The notes below the pieces were generated by a model. The model made no database searches, had not been told where the DNA came from, and was given only the letters and a program-made list of their open reading frames with translations. A stretch of DNA of 64,000 nt from Alphaproteobacteria bacterium (GTDB lineage Bacteria; Pseudomonadota; Alphaproteobacteria; Rickettsiales; JABCZZ01): the NCBI GenBank assembly GCA_035906055.1, contig JAMIFV010000043.1, positions 455 to 64,454 on the forward strand, written 5' to 3'. A program made the position numbers and the translations under genes. Below, one piece after another: positions 54,362 to 64,000 of the stretch (its first letter is position 1; every line of letters starts with the position of its first letter).

Positions 54362-55573
54362 TTAAGGCGTGCTATGCAAAATTGCCGCCTTTTTTTCGAT
54401 CTTTTCTTTTTCCAGCATCGGCAGCACGGAATAAAAAATAAATACCCCGATGCTGAAGGGGCCAAGAAAGTCAACTTCCACAAATGCCCGGATGATAAAC
54501 ATTATTGAAAAGCCCAGGCATGCAAAACCGGTAGCCGTTGCGCCATAACGATTCAGATGCATTACGGACACTGCCAGATTCATTAATATGAGAATAAGTA
54601 TAAAGCTCACCCCTATCAGCCCCAGATCCACAAATGCCTGTATAAACAGGTTATGGAAATGAAACCCTACCCTGCTTCCAACTTCAAATTCCGCCCAGTA
54701 GCGCTCGGGCAGGGATTGCCCCCGCACCCAGAACGCGGAATATCCATGACCGAACACCGGGCTTTCCAACCCGTTTTTTATTCCTTCGGACCAGAGATAG
54801 GTACGTCCGGTTAATGTCGGGTCTTTATCGGTGGCTTTGAATACCAGGGCGGAGATATCATTATAGAAAATGCCACCGGCCAGTAAAAACAATACGCCCG
54901 CGACAATAAGGGAGATGCGTTTGAGCAGTGTCGCCCTGAAAAAAATCAGGCAGCCAAGCACGATGCAGGTCGTGAGTATCGTAGAAAGCAGCGCCCCGAT
55001 GGAGCCGCTCAACAGCATACAGGCAAGCCCCATCGCGGCAGGAATGATTGCGAACACAATTTTTGAAGCCAGCGTGTCTTTAGTAAACAGGATTATCAGC
55101 GAAGCAAAGATACCGATCTCGGCGAATAACCCAACCATGTTCTTGGAACCAAAAAGTCCCTGGAATGAAAAGCTACCGGTGGAAAACGCACTCAGTAAGA
55201 TAAAAAACACACCTAAGCTCATCCCTTTCAGGTAGTGCCGGATATCAACCAGCCGTGCCATGAGCACGGTGCAGATAAGCATAGAAAAGAATTCCAGCGC
55301 CTGAAGCAGGGATATTGCCGGATGGCCTGACCAGAACACGGAGAGAATTGCGAACGCTGCGATGCACAGATGGGGTGCCACGCTCCATGAGAGCCTCAGG
55401 CAATAATAGTTCGTATACAACAGCCGTGAAAACCATATCCCGTAAAGCACTAAAATCGGCACCATGGCAAACAGGTGAGAAAACGCCAATATCACTGTGG
55501 AAAGCGCAACGCTGAATATAGAGAAAGCTGAGGACAGTGTTGTATTCATGTGCGTCACATTTGTTTTCTGCAA
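54362..55573 (-). CDS. O-antigen ligase/polymerase-like membrane protein (Wzy/ExoQ-like)
   Basis: 403 aa, about 10-12 TM helices, with a periodic loop containing HGYSAFW...FHFHNLFIQ, typical of the O-antigen ligase family. The start may be 55549. Confidence 0.75.
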   Translation of the reverse strand: MQKTNVTHMNTTLSSAFSIFSVALSTVILAFSHLFAMVPILVLYGIWFSRLLYTNYYCLRLSWSVAPHLCIAAFAILSVFWSGHPAISLLQALEFFSMLICTVLMARLVDIRHYLKGMSLGVFFILLSAFSTGSFSFQGLFGSKNMVGLFAEIGIFASLIILFTKDTLASKIVFAIIPAAMGLACMLLSGSIGALLSTILTTCIVLGCLIFFRATLLKRISLIVAGVLFLLAGGIFYNDISALVFKATDKDPTLTGRTYLWSEGIKNGLESPVFGHGYSAFWVRGQSLPERYWAEFEVGSRVGFHFHNLFIQAFVDLGLIGVSFILILILMNLAVSVMHLNRYGATATGFACLGFSIMFIIRAFVEVDFLGPFSIGVFIFYSVLPMLEKEKIEKKAAILHSTP

Positions 55574-56508
55574 CTTGCGCGCTGAAATATTTTCTTTAAT
55601 TTAGAACAGGCTGGCCTTCTTAGTTCACCAATCACCGCAGGATTGCCGGCCATGATGCACAACGCGGAAAGCAGCTTTCTTTCTTTCAGCCTGTCGATCA
55701 GCGCCGTGAACGTAAGCGCCACATCAAGATTCCTCCGGCGTCCGGCAAGCGCGGCGTGTATTTCAGGCCGCAGGTCATCATGCTTCTTTCTGAAAGACTC
55801 ATCCGTGTAGATTATTCTTTCAATATCCGCCTTCTGCAACCTGTGGGACGTCGATCCTGCGCGCACATTATACAGATAGCCCGCCGTGGAGTCGATACGG
55901 CATACCGCTCCTGCCGCCAGCGCATCCGCCATTAACAGGTAATCTTCCCCGATGCGTATATGCTCATCATAGGTAATGCGGTGCCTTGTCAGAAAGTCCC
56001 TGGAAATAATGGGTTTCAAATACCCTAAAGCGTTTCCGCCCAGAAAATAGCTGTTTCCTTCAATAAACCACTGCAAGGTCATTACAGGAGCCTGTAGGAA
56101 TTTCCGCGAAGTGAACATTATCTTTTGCTGGCCATCGGGATAGTTCATCAGGAGATTATCCACGACGATCTGCGCGTTCTGGCTTTCAGCAAGCGTAAGG
56201 CACCGTGACAACCGACCGGGTAAAAATTCGTCGTCGCCATCTAAAACAGCGATCCACTTTCCCCTGGCGGCAGCAATGCCCAGATTGCGCGCCGCCCCTG
56301 GCCCGGAATTTTCTGGGGATTGCAGTATTACCAGCCGGGGATCGGTGATGCCCTTTACCATGGACAATGTGTTATCCGTTGAAAAATCGTCAACAAAGAT
56401 CACTTCTAAATCAACGCCCTGCTGTGAAAGCGCGCTCGAAACAGCTTTTACAATGTAGGGTTCAACATTGTATGCGGCAATTATCACGGAGACTGTCGGT
56501 TGCGTCAT
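55555..56508 (-). CDS. glycosyltransferase family 2
   Basis: VSVIIAAYNVEPYI...VIFVDDFSTDNT...DGDDEF motifs. Confidence 0.9.
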   Translation of the reverse strand: MTQPTVSVIIAAYNVEPYIVKAVSSALSQQGVDLEVIFVDDFSTDNTLSMVKGITDPRLVILQSPENSGPGAARNLGIAAARGKWIAVLDGDDEFLPGRLSRCLTLAESQNAQIVVDNLLMNYPDGQQKIMFTSRKFLQAPVMTLQWFIEGNSYFLGGNALGYLKPIISRDFLTRHRITYDEHIRIGEDYLLMADALAAGAVCRIDSTAGYLYNVRAGSTSHRLQKADIERIIYTDESFRKKHDDLRPEIHAALAGRRRNLDVALTFTALIDRLKERKLLSALCIMAGNPAVIGELRRPACSKLKKIFQRASCRKQM

Positions 56509-56575
56509 ATCAATTCCGGCTCATACAAGTGACACTGACCCTATAAATAAGTCTGCCCGCTACGTAAGTAAACGG

Positions 56576-58459
56576 TTACTTTGGAAAATAGGCATCCACA
56601 GCGCGAATGGCACCCGCCTTGGAAAAATGCCCGTAATCGCTGTAATAATATACGTCATCCTGCCGGTATGCGCAGCGCGACTGCTCGCACAGATGCTGCA
56701 TGGGATTGATAAACACCGCCGCAGATGATAACATCTCAAGGCGTGCGTTAATCTCTGGCGAAAACGACACTTTTGCATAGGCGGTGCCCGGCGCCATCCG
56801 CGCGCCGGATATATAATCGATATGCTGCACGTCGGCAAAAAACTGCGGCGTCTGCCCCAGCACAACGACTGTAACACCCAGCCCTTTTAAAGCCGCAATG
56901 GTTTGCGGCAGATCTTCCAGCGTACGCTGCGGCACATCCGTCCACCGCGCGGAGAGCACTACCGTGTCAATCTTCTGCTCCCTGATGATCGCGAGCACGC
57001 GCTGGTTGGAAGGCTGGCAGCCAACACGCGCATAGGAGTAATAGGCGAGTATGGGCGGGCAACCGGCAAACGTGTATTGCATCACGTCCGCATCCAGCGG
57101 GCTGGTGGCATGCAGAATACCGGGAATATACTGGGCGGCAAAGGAATCCCCCCATAGCAGCACGCGCTTTTTTCCGCCGTGCGTGCGGGTACAGCCTGCC
57201 GCATCCCAAGGGGTGGGCTTTGCCGGGTTGGTATTAAAACAGGTTATACCCCCCCACTCCTCATTTCCTTCGATTTTCTGAAGTGTAAAATCAGGATACC
57301 GCGATGGCATCCCCTCTTTCTTGCTTATAAACGCCCCCAGCAATACACCGCTGATGATGGCAGCAATCCCCAATCCAAACACCGCCTTGCGTTTATCATA
57401 ACCTGTATGGCGCAAGGGCTGCTCGATATATTTCCATGAAGCCGCCGCAAGCAAGATGCTAATGGCAATCAGGCCTGACGCCTCAACAATGCCGGGGGCA
57501 CGCAGCATCAGGTAATGGAAAAAAGCTATCAGCGGCCAGTGTACCAGGTAAAGTGAATAGGAGATTAAGCCTATGAAAACCAGATAGCGTGACGCCAGTA
57601 TGCGGTTCGCCAGCGGAAGGGATTGCGTCCTTTGCCCCGCCAGAATTATAAATGCGGCGCCCATGCAGGGAAAAAGCGCGTTCCAGCCCGGAAAGGGAGT
57701 GCCTTCATCCAGGGCAAACAGGCCATAAGCAATTAACGCGCAACCGGATAATGAAAGCCCCTCACGCCACTGCCGGTTCAGCGTGAGCGGTGAGACGGTA
57801 ATGAGGATTCCCAGCATCAGCTCCCATGCCCTTGTGGGCAGAAGGAAGAAACCGGCAGTTGGCCCCACGAAAATGGCGGCCACACCCATGGCGAAGCTGA
57901 GGAGGGATAAGGGCACCAGCCATAAAAGCCAGCGCTGACGCAGGAAACGGTATATGCCCCAGAGTAACAGCGGCGCAAAGATATAGAATTGTTCCTCTAC
58001 AGAGAGTGACCATGTGTGCAGAATGGGTTTGGTGGTCGCCTGTGCGGCAAAATATCCCGATGTTTTCCAGAAGAATATGTTGGACAGAAACAGGCTGGAG
58101 GCGACTATGCTTCTGCCGAACTCCGCAAAATCGTCAGGGAGAAGAATATAATACGCTGCCAGCGCCGTAAGGAAGATAGTGGCGATATAGGCAGGGAATA
58201 TACGGCGGATGCGCTTGAAGTAAAAACTGGCAATGCTGAATTTTCCCCTGGCGATATCGTCGAGGATGCTTCTGGAAATCACATAACCGGAAATGACAAA
58301 GAATATATCAACCCCGGTATAGCCCCCCGGAAACCCCAGGCCGAAATGGAATGCCACCACCCCCAGCACGGCTACGGCACGCAATCCGTCAACATCATGC
58401 CTGTAAGGGGTATGGGAGAGTCTCGTAATATCAGGAGAGTTCAATGCACCGGCGGACAT
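56576..58459 (-). CDS. acyltransferase-3 domain protein with C-terminal SGNH domain (OafA/YrhL-like O-acetyltransferase)
   Basis: 627 aa; DGLRAVAVLGVVAFHF...GVDIFFVISGYVI; 10 or more TM helices; C-terminal LLWGDSFAAQY SGNH-like block. Confidence 0.88.
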   Translation of the reverse strand: MSAGALNSPDITRLSHTPYRHDVDGLRAVAVLGVVAFHFGLGFPGGYTGVDIFFVISGYVISRSILDDIARGKFSIASFYFKRIRRIFPAYIATIFLTALAAYYILLPDDFAEFGRSIVASSLFLSNIFFWKTSGYFAAQATTKPILHTWSLSVEEQFYIFAPLLLWGIYRFLRQRWLLWLVPLSLLSFAMGVAAIFVGPTAGFFLLPTRAWELMLGILITVSPLTLNRQWREGLSLSGCALIAYGLFALDEGTPFPGWNALFPCMGAAFIILAGQRTQSLPLANRILASRYLVFIGLISYSLYLVHWPLIAFFHYLMLRAPGIVEASGLIAISILLAAASWKYIEQPLRHTGYDKRKAVFGLGIAAIISGVLLGAFISKKEGMPSRYPDFTLQKIEGNEEWGGITCFNTNPAKPTPWDAAGCTRTHGGKKRVLLWGDSFAAQYIPGILHATSPLDADVMQYTFAGCPPILAYYSYARVGCQPSNQRVLAIIREQKIDTVVLSARWTDVPQRTLEDLPQTIAALKGLGVTVVVLGQTPQFFADVQHIDYISGARMAPGTAYAKVSFSPEINARLEMLSSAAVFINPMQHLCEQSRCAYRQDDVYYYSDYGHFSKAGAIRAVDAYFPK

Positions 58460-58598
58460 AGGAGTAAGAAGGCAACAATGTTACAGAGGCTTTTTAATTC
58501 CATCGAGGATGTAACATGAAACAGGCAAGAATCATAGCTGACTGTTACTCCATATCAGCTTACCCTGAGTAGCGCCGCACGCGGAGCTTGCGTACGGA

Positions 58599-59177
58599 TT
58601 AAACCCTTATCCAGTCATCCTCGCATTCAAAGCTTCTGATCATCCTTGCCGGGTTGCCCACCGCAATGGATTTGGCCGGAATGTTACCGGCAACAACCGA
58701 GCCCGCGCCTATCACCGAATGATCACCGATAGAGCTGCCCGCTAGAATAATGCTTCTGGCCCCTACCCAGACATTCTTTCCCAAGCTCACATCCTGAGTT
58801 TTAGTAGGCTCTCCCAGCGACACTCCGTGGAAGTCGGAATCTAAAATATACACCATGTCGCCAATCTTGGAGTCACTGCCAACCGTAATTTTTTTCGTCG
58901 CACAAATGTTGACTCCGTCGTTGAGGTACACCCTGTCCCCCAGTTCGATAACCGCACCTTCAAATGCGGAAATATGCTGCCTGGTCCTGAACGACCTCAA
59001 TGTGCAGCTTCTGCCGAAACGTATCGCCCCGTGGCAGCATAACTTTGGCAGCAACCCGTCAATGACAGGCCTTGTCCGGAAAGAAGCGGTGTGTGTGTAT
59101 CGTAGATAAAAGGCAATGCTGCAAACCCTACGATATACTTTTCTTACGACAGTAAACACTGCAGACCGCCATTTCAT
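58599..59177 (-). CDS. hexapeptide-repeat acetyltransferase (LbH family)
   Basis: C-terminal NVWVGARSIILAGSSIGDHSVIGAGSVVAGNIPAKSIAVGNPARMI. Confidence 0.85.
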   Translation of the reverse strand: MKWRSAVFTVVRKVYRRVCSIAFYLRYTHTASFRTRPVIDGLLPKLCCHGAIRFGRSCTLRSFRTRQHISAFEGAVIELGDRVYLNDGVNICATKKITVGSDSKIGDMVYILDSDFHGVSLGEPTKTQDVSLGKNVWVGARSIILAGSSIGDHSVIGAGSVVAGNIPAKSIAVGNPARMIRSFECEDDWIRV

Positions 59178-59186
59178 TGGCGATGG

Positions 59187-60239
59187 CTAGGAACTGGCAA
59201 GAAAACGGTTATACGCTTCTGTATGTTCCTGCGCACATCGCGATGGAGAGAATGTTGTCAAATCACAATAAAGCGATTTGTCCCTGTTTAGGACATTTCC
59301 TGCTTCAAGTAAAGTGCCGGAAGTCAGTTCATCCTCATACAGATACAGCCAGTGCTTACCGACACTATCCTGAATCTCCTGATTGGTAGGGCTCCATGCG
59401 GCAATCACCGGAACGTTTAATGAAAGCGCGGTGTAAATAGTGCCGGAATTGAAATAGTCATTGCCCGGAAACACTAATATGTCGCTCATGGCATATAACC
59501 CTACGATTTCATCTTCCGGCACCCGCCTGAAATCCAGCTTAACGTTCCTGTTGTGTTCCAATATACGCTCAATGGAGCGTGTAAGCTCCTGCCCCCCCGC
59601 GCCCGCGATCATCAGGTAATTGGACTGCTCGGGCAGTTCCTTGAAAGCACTGGCAACCAGATCCGGCCTTTTGTTCTGGCGCAGCGTTCCGATGAAGGAA
59701 TATATTCTCTGGTCCTGGGCAATCCCGAAAGAAGCGCGTTTCGCCTGTATATCCACGTTCGATGCAAGCACCCCACGGTAATGCGGGTGGTGCGCCACAC
59801 AAAACCGTTTTTTATGCAATTGCGGAAAAGCATCCTTGATTTGCCCGATACCGTTGTTAGTTAACGAAATGCAAATATCCACTTCCGCCATGAATTTCTG
59901 CATGAATTCGTTCCAGTACGGATTGTTGCGCAAGGCATGGCTATGCGGATAGAGGTCATGCACCGTCCATACAACATACCCCCCGGACCTTTTTATCCTG
60001 CGTATGGTACTAAAGAACTGGAACCTAATCCATTTTCCGCGAAGGGAATTCCATTTTCTGGTACAAATCTCGGGTATGATTTCAGGCCAGTGGATGTGAA
60101 AAACATCCCCCTTCTGCCGTGAGAAATGCTTGGTCCAGTCCTCAACTTCGACCCCGATCTCCCTCAATGCGCCGACGAGAATATCAACGAAACGATTCTC
60201 ATTCTTAACCCCGACCGCCGGAAACATTATAACACGCAT
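59187..60239 (-). CDS. glycosyltransferase family 1/4
   Basis: MRVIMFPAVG... and a C-terminal GT1 pattern (LVFPGNDYFNSGTIYTALSLNVPVIA). The start is chosen at 60239 rather than the track's 60299. Confidence 0.75.
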   Translation of the reverse strand: MRVIMFPAVGVKNENRFVDILVGALREIGVEVEDWTKHFSRQKGDVFHIHWPEIIPEICTRKWNSLRGKWIRFQFFSTIRRIKRSGGYVVWTVHDLYPHSHALRNNPYWNEFMQKFMAEVDICISLTNNGIGQIKDAFPQLHKKRFCVAHHPHYRGVLASNVDIQAKRASFGIAQDQRIYSFIGTLRQNKRPDLVASAFKELPEQSNYLMIAGAGGQELTRSIERILEHNRNVKLDFRRVPEDEIVGLYAMSDILVFPGNDYFNSGTIYTALSLNVPVIAAWSPTNQEIQDSVGKHWLYLYEDELTSGTLLEAGNVLNRDKSLYCDLTTFSPSRCAQEHTEAYNRFLASS

Positions 60240-60310
60240 ATGAACAAACTCTTTTTGAGAGAACCGGGCCTGACGATATCGGTCTCCGCAGGATTTCACG
60301 ATAGTAAGGG

Positions 60311-61318
60311 CTATGGAATTTTATGAGTCAGCTTATCCACTACGGCCTTCCAGAAACCCAGCGACCAGCCCAGATGCATGACCATTGCAGACAGGCCAGA
60401 CATTACATAGGCAGGGTTGGCGGCCTTGGCGGCTAAAATGATTGCATACATATTGCAAAGCGCCGCCCACGCCAGCAACGGAAGAGCAAAGACAATCGAT
60501 ATCTTGGATAATAGTATCAGGCATGCCGCCGGAAAAACGAATACCGGCAGCAATTGCCGGACTTTGATCTTACTCTTGTGCTTGAATATATTTCTGGCGC
60601 GGCCATAACCATAATTTATGTACTGTTTGAATAAACGCACGGGGCTGCTGCGGGGAAAGTAGCCAGCAGCAACCCGGTTAGTAAGCCATATCTTATACCC
60701 TGCAGCGGCAAGCCTTGTATCCAGTTCGGCATCTTCGTTGTGGGAAAAATCTTCATCGTAGCCCCCCACCTCTTCAAAAGGGCCTATTTTCATCAGTGCG
60801 TGGTGGCCATGGTCTACCCACTTGCCATCCATTTCCGAAGCCCTGTGGGAAGATCCGCCGTTTCCTAATTTAGAGTTTTGCGCTGCGGCAGTTGCCATCT
60901 GGAATAGAGTGTCATTCCCCTGCGAGATAATCGACACGGTTACCGAATCAGCGCCCGTCCGCTCCATTTCCGCAAGCAACGTATCACAATAATGCGCGGG
61001 ATACGTCGCGTGGGCATCTATGCGGATCACTATATCCGCGAAGTCCCGGAAAGTTCTAACCGCCAGATTTACCCCGGCGGACTGGAGTTTCTTTGGATTA
61101 TCCAGCAGCCTGATTTCAGGAAACTCCTTGATTAAGCCCGTCACGATCTGCCGGGTGCCGTCTGTGCTTCCGCCGTCTGCCACCACGAGCAAGGGTATAA
61201 ATCCCGGCTTCGGATCAAGTATGGACCTTATTACTTTTTCAATGTAGGCGCTCTCGTTCAAACACGGTATAACTATAAGAACATGCTTTTGTTCCAGCAT
61301 CTTTCCCTCCTCAACCAT
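60311..61318 (-). CDS. glycosyltransferase family 2 with C-terminal membrane anchor
   Basis: VLIVIPCLNESAYIEKVI...VVADGGSTDGT...DAHA... and NEDAELD, followed by 3-4 TM helices. Confidence 0.88.
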   Translation of the reverse strand: MVEEGKMLEQKHVLIVIPCLNESAYIEKVIRSILDPKPGFIPLLVVADGGSTDGTRQIVTGLIKEFPEIRLLDNPKKLQSAGVNLAVRTFRDFADIVIRIDAHATYPAHYCDTLLAEMERTGADSVTVSIISQGNDTLFQMATAAAQNSKLGNGGSSHRASEMDGKWVDHGHHALMKIGPFEEVGGYDEDFSHNEDAELDTRLAAAGYKIWLTNRVAAGYFPRSSPVRLFKQYINYGYGRARNIFKHKSKIKVRQLLPVFVFPAACLILLSKISIVFALPLLAWAALCNMYAIILAAKAANPAYVMSGLSAMVMHLGWSLGFWKAVVDKLTHKIP

Positions 61319-62441
61319 TCAAAAGGTTTTCCAGCGATTGCACCAGATCCCTGCAATCCGGCTCACTGTAAGACCATGTCTTTTTAGGGACGCCTGATAT
61401 CTGGCTTTCCAGTGCCCTGAAAGTATCGCCATTCAACTGTGTAAAAAAAAGCTTCAAATCAGCCGCAATATTATCCGATAGTAAAACCCCTGCCCCAGTC
61501 TTTTCAAGAAATTTTCCGGTATTGACTGAACGCAGTGCGATGGGCACGGCACCAAAGGCTCCGCCTTCATATATTCTGTTAGGCAGAAGCCAGCTGGAAT
61601 TCTGTCCTTCCTCATACATGTCTATAGCCCAGGAGAAATGAACTTCCGAATATATTTTTTCCAAATCGCTCTTCAGGTACGTCCCCCCATAATTAAGAAA
61701 GGGACTGGAAGCCACCACCTCAAAAAAATCCGGCATCTGGTCAAGGGCGGGCTTGCCGCGCATTATAACGTTCACCTTTCCTTCCAGTTGTCCGGCAAGG
61801 GTCGAAAGCAGGCTCAGGCTTTTCCTGCAGCGCAATATGCCAAACCAGCCGATAGTCCAGACGGGCCCAATCGACCTGCTTTGGTGGACTGCGACTGATC
61901 CGGCGCACAGCAGCTTATTCTCCTGTATACGCACAGGAAGCCTTACCCCGGATAGCGGGGTGAAATAGTTATCCATAAACGCCTGCGAGCTTGTGATTAA
62001 AAGCGAAGCGGAACGGGCATAATGCCCCTCCAGCTTCCTGAGTATTGCCCCTGCCGCGCCCTTGCCCAGTAACAGGCGATGGATGTCCAGACACTCGTAA
62101 ACGATGACCGCCTTATCCTGCAAATATTTTTTCGCATGGCTTGCTACCGCCAGCATCTCCAGATTTCTGGCGATAACGATGTCCGCTTCGTTAAATAGCG
62201 GCTTATGCTTATGCAGCGTCGCTATCAGCTTTACTACGCTGAACACCCTGTGAATAAAATTGCCATTATATGTTGTGCCAAACTGCACCATGCGGTCTGC
62301 ATGGGGATTGTCACAGACCTTGCCCCTGCTGAAGCCCGCAATAACCACGTCAGCCCCGCCGAGTTTCAGCATGTAGGCGCGGTTATGTATTGCAGCATCG
62401 GAAAGATCATGGGCAAGGATCAGAATACGTCTCTTAGTCAT
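61311..62441 (-). CDS. glycosyltransferase (GT1/GT4-like)
   Basis: MTKRRILILAHDLSDAAIHNRAYMLKLGGADV... The track ORF's 56-codon N-terminal extension is rejected. Confidence 0.65.
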   Translation of the reverse strand: MTKRRILILAHDLSDAAIHNRAYMLKLGGADVVIAGFSRGKVCDNPHADRMVQFGTTYNGNFIHRVFSVVKLIATLHKHKPLFNEADIVIARNLEMLAVASHAKKYLQDKAVIVYECLDIHRLLLGKGAAGAILRKLEGHYARSASLLITSSQAFMDNYFTPLSGVRLPVRIQENKLLCAGSVAVHQSRSIGPVWTIGWFGILRCRKSLSLLSTLAGQLEGKVNVIMRGKPALDQMPDFFEVVASSPFLNYGGTYLKSDLEKIYSEVHFSWAIDMYEEGQNSSWLLPNRIYEGGAFGAVPIALRSVNTGKFLEKTGAGVLLSDNIAADLKLFFTQLNGDTFRALESQISGVPKKTWSYSEPDCRDLVQSLENLLNG

Positions 62442-62642
62442 TTTACCTAAGTATTCTATGCATTTATGAAGTTTGACAATTACGCAAAAGGGCTGATACT
62501 CAGCGCTCTTCAATGCACCGCATTTTAAAACGGTATTTTTAATACGTTTTTCAACAATAACATGTACTCTGTTTTTTGAAACGTATTTTTTAGCGTTTGC
62601 AGTATACACCCGGATAGTAATAGCCTACCACGTTGCCGCCTT

Positions 62643-64000
62643 ATGAATTCGATTGAGAACAAACACGAATACTCAGACATAAAATCGCATGCAGCGCGCG
62701 GCTTTAAATACTCCTTTCTATCCCAGGGCATAAAAATAATAGTCCAGTTCCTGACCGTCATTGTGATGGCAAAGCTGCTCACGCCGGAAGATTTCGGCCT
62801 GATCGCCAAGGTTGCGCCTGTTTATGCGCTGGCCCTTTTATTCAACGACCTCGGATTAAGTCAGGCCACTATCCAGAAACCTTCCTTGCAAAACGAACAG
62901 ATAAATACTTTTTTCTGGATAAATGTATTTTTTGGGTTGTTCGTCACGCTGGTGTTAATCGCCGCAAGCCCGCTGGTGGCTGCTTTTTACAGTGACCCGC
63001 GTACTATCGGCCTTACCATCGCCTTTGCCATTCTGGTTTTTATAGCCAGCCTCGGCAACCAGCATGGCGCCCTGATGCTGCGCAGGATGGATTTTCGTGC
63101 GCAGGGACTGATAAACAGTGCAGGCGCTTTATCCGCAATGGCGGTATCCATTGTGGCGGGTTTATTATATCCCACCTATTGGGCGCTTTTTGCCGGTGTG
63201 GCGGCGGGTTGCCTTGTTCCCACTGCGGGCGCGTGGTTTTTTGTCAACTGGCGCCCCTCATTGCCCAGCATCGCTCCCGAAACAAAAGCGATGCTGCGTT
63301 ATGGCGTGGGCATTACCAGCGGAAACCTTGTCGATTTCTTCGTAACGAATTTCACCAATGTGATTACCGGGTGGAAGCTGGGAGACAGGCAACTTGGCAT
63401 TTATGACCGTTCCAACAAACTACTCTATTCGCCGCTTCAGCAGATATTATTGCCGATAAGCAGCGTCGTGCTGCCTGTGTTGTACCGCTTACACGACAAT
63501 AACGAAAAATATAAAGTCATATTCCTCAGGGCGCTGGGCGCGTTGACGCTGCTGATAGTGCCGGGCGTTATCTGGCTGAGTATTATTTCAGACCATGTGA
63601 TAGAGACATTTCTAGGAGCCAAATGGGTGGAAGCTTCGCCGGTGTTTGCCGTCTTATCTCTTGCCGCCATTCCCCAGATAATCAACTCCTCGGCAAACTG
63701 GCTGCTCATTACCCAGGGTAGGTCTAAGGACTATGCCCGCCTGAGCGCGATCAGCGGAATCATCACTATCTTGGCGGTGATCGCCGGGTTGCAGTTTGGA
63801 ATATTCGGGGTGGCAGTCGCCATAACGTTTGTGCAGTTCCTGAAAATGCCGCTTTACTGGACCGTTGCCTGCCAGAAGGGGCCGGTTCGCCTGCTGGACG
63901 TGCTGCAGTTCATGCAGCCGCATCTGTTAGGCCTGGCAGGAACGATTCCCCTGATATTCGGTTTTGTCGAGCTCAATATCATAACAAATTCCCTGGCGTT
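62643..64000 (+). CDS. Wzx-type polysaccharide flippase (MOP/PST family), 3' end outside window
   Basis: Not in the track because it has no stop. Manual translation from ATG 62643 gives MNSIENKHEYSDIKSHAARGFKYSFLSQGIKIIVQFLTVIVMAKLLTPEDFGLIA...LRYGVGITSGNLVDFF.... More than 450 codons are open, with multiple TM helices. Confidence 0.8.
   Translation, partial: MNSIENKHEYSDIKSHAARGFKYSFLSQGIKIIVQFLTVIVMAKLLTPEDFGLIAKVAPVYALALLFNDLGLSQATIQKPSLQNEQINTFFWINVFFGLFVTLVLIAASPLVAAFYSDPRTIGLTIAFAILVFIASLGNQHGALMLRRMDFRAQGLINSAGALSAMAVSIVAGLLYPTYWALFAGVAAGCLVPTAGAWFFVNWRPSLPSIAPETKAMLRYGVGITSGNLVDFFVTNFTNVITGWKLGDRQLGIYDRSNKLLYSPLQQILLPISSVVLPVLYRLHDNNEKYKVIFLRALGALTLLIVPGVIWLSIISDHVIETFLGAKWVEASPVFAVLSLAAIPQIINSSANWLLITQGRSKDYARLSAISGIITILAVIAGLQFGIFGVAVAITFVQFLKMPLYWTVACQKGPVRLLDVLQFMQPHLLGLAGTIPLIFGFVELNIITNSLA

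Overview
High-GC chromosomal window that looks alphaproteobacterial, judged from EF-Tu and ribosomal protein sequences, a COQ9-family gene and the hemC-hemD/tsaD context. No taxon is claimed. All GC statements are by eye. Core content: hemD(partial)-hemC, tsaD, guaB, acyP and rlmE. There is an almost complete str/S10 ribosomal cluster on the minus strand (rpsL-rpsG-fusA-tuf-rpsJ-rplC-rplD-rplW-[insert]-rplB-rpsS-rplV-rpsC-rplP-rpmC-rpsQ-rplN-rplX). Further core genes are an M23 peptidase, purEK, an orphan histidine kinase, a COQ9-like gene, kdsA, eno, a CDF transporter, sbp, an ABC ATPase, tRNA-Arg(CCG), a phosphoketolase-family gene and htpX. Accessory content: (1) A tightly coupled six-gene type I secretion operon (34.6-46.5 kb) starts 8 bp after the tRNA. 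It encodes TolC-like, MotB/OmpA-like, HlyD-like, MotA/ExbB-like, a 1421-aa RTX repeat protein and an ABC exporter. A proton-channel stator-like pair is interleaved with the T1SS genes, and this is my top candidate for an undescribed system. (2) A vapBC toxin-antitoxin cassette with its own terminator and promoter-like signals sits between rplW and rplB. (3) The ribosomal cluster ends abruptly after rplX at a strong terminator, with rlmE where rplE would be expected. (4) Several families of short palindromic REP-like repeats occupy conserved operon spacers. One family brackets a small, apparently frameshifted GIY-YIG nuclease gene inserted between kdsA and eno. (5) A 637-aa orphan protein carries two divergent GGDEF-like palm domains. 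(6) A secreted inhibitory-type serpin and an orphan 259-aa prepilin-type protein are present. (7) A visibly lower-GC Wzx/Wzy-type polysaccharide cluster (50.1-64.0 kb) includes a GH16 glycanase and resembles succinoglycan-type loci. No CRISPR array, integrase, transposase or rRNA was seen.
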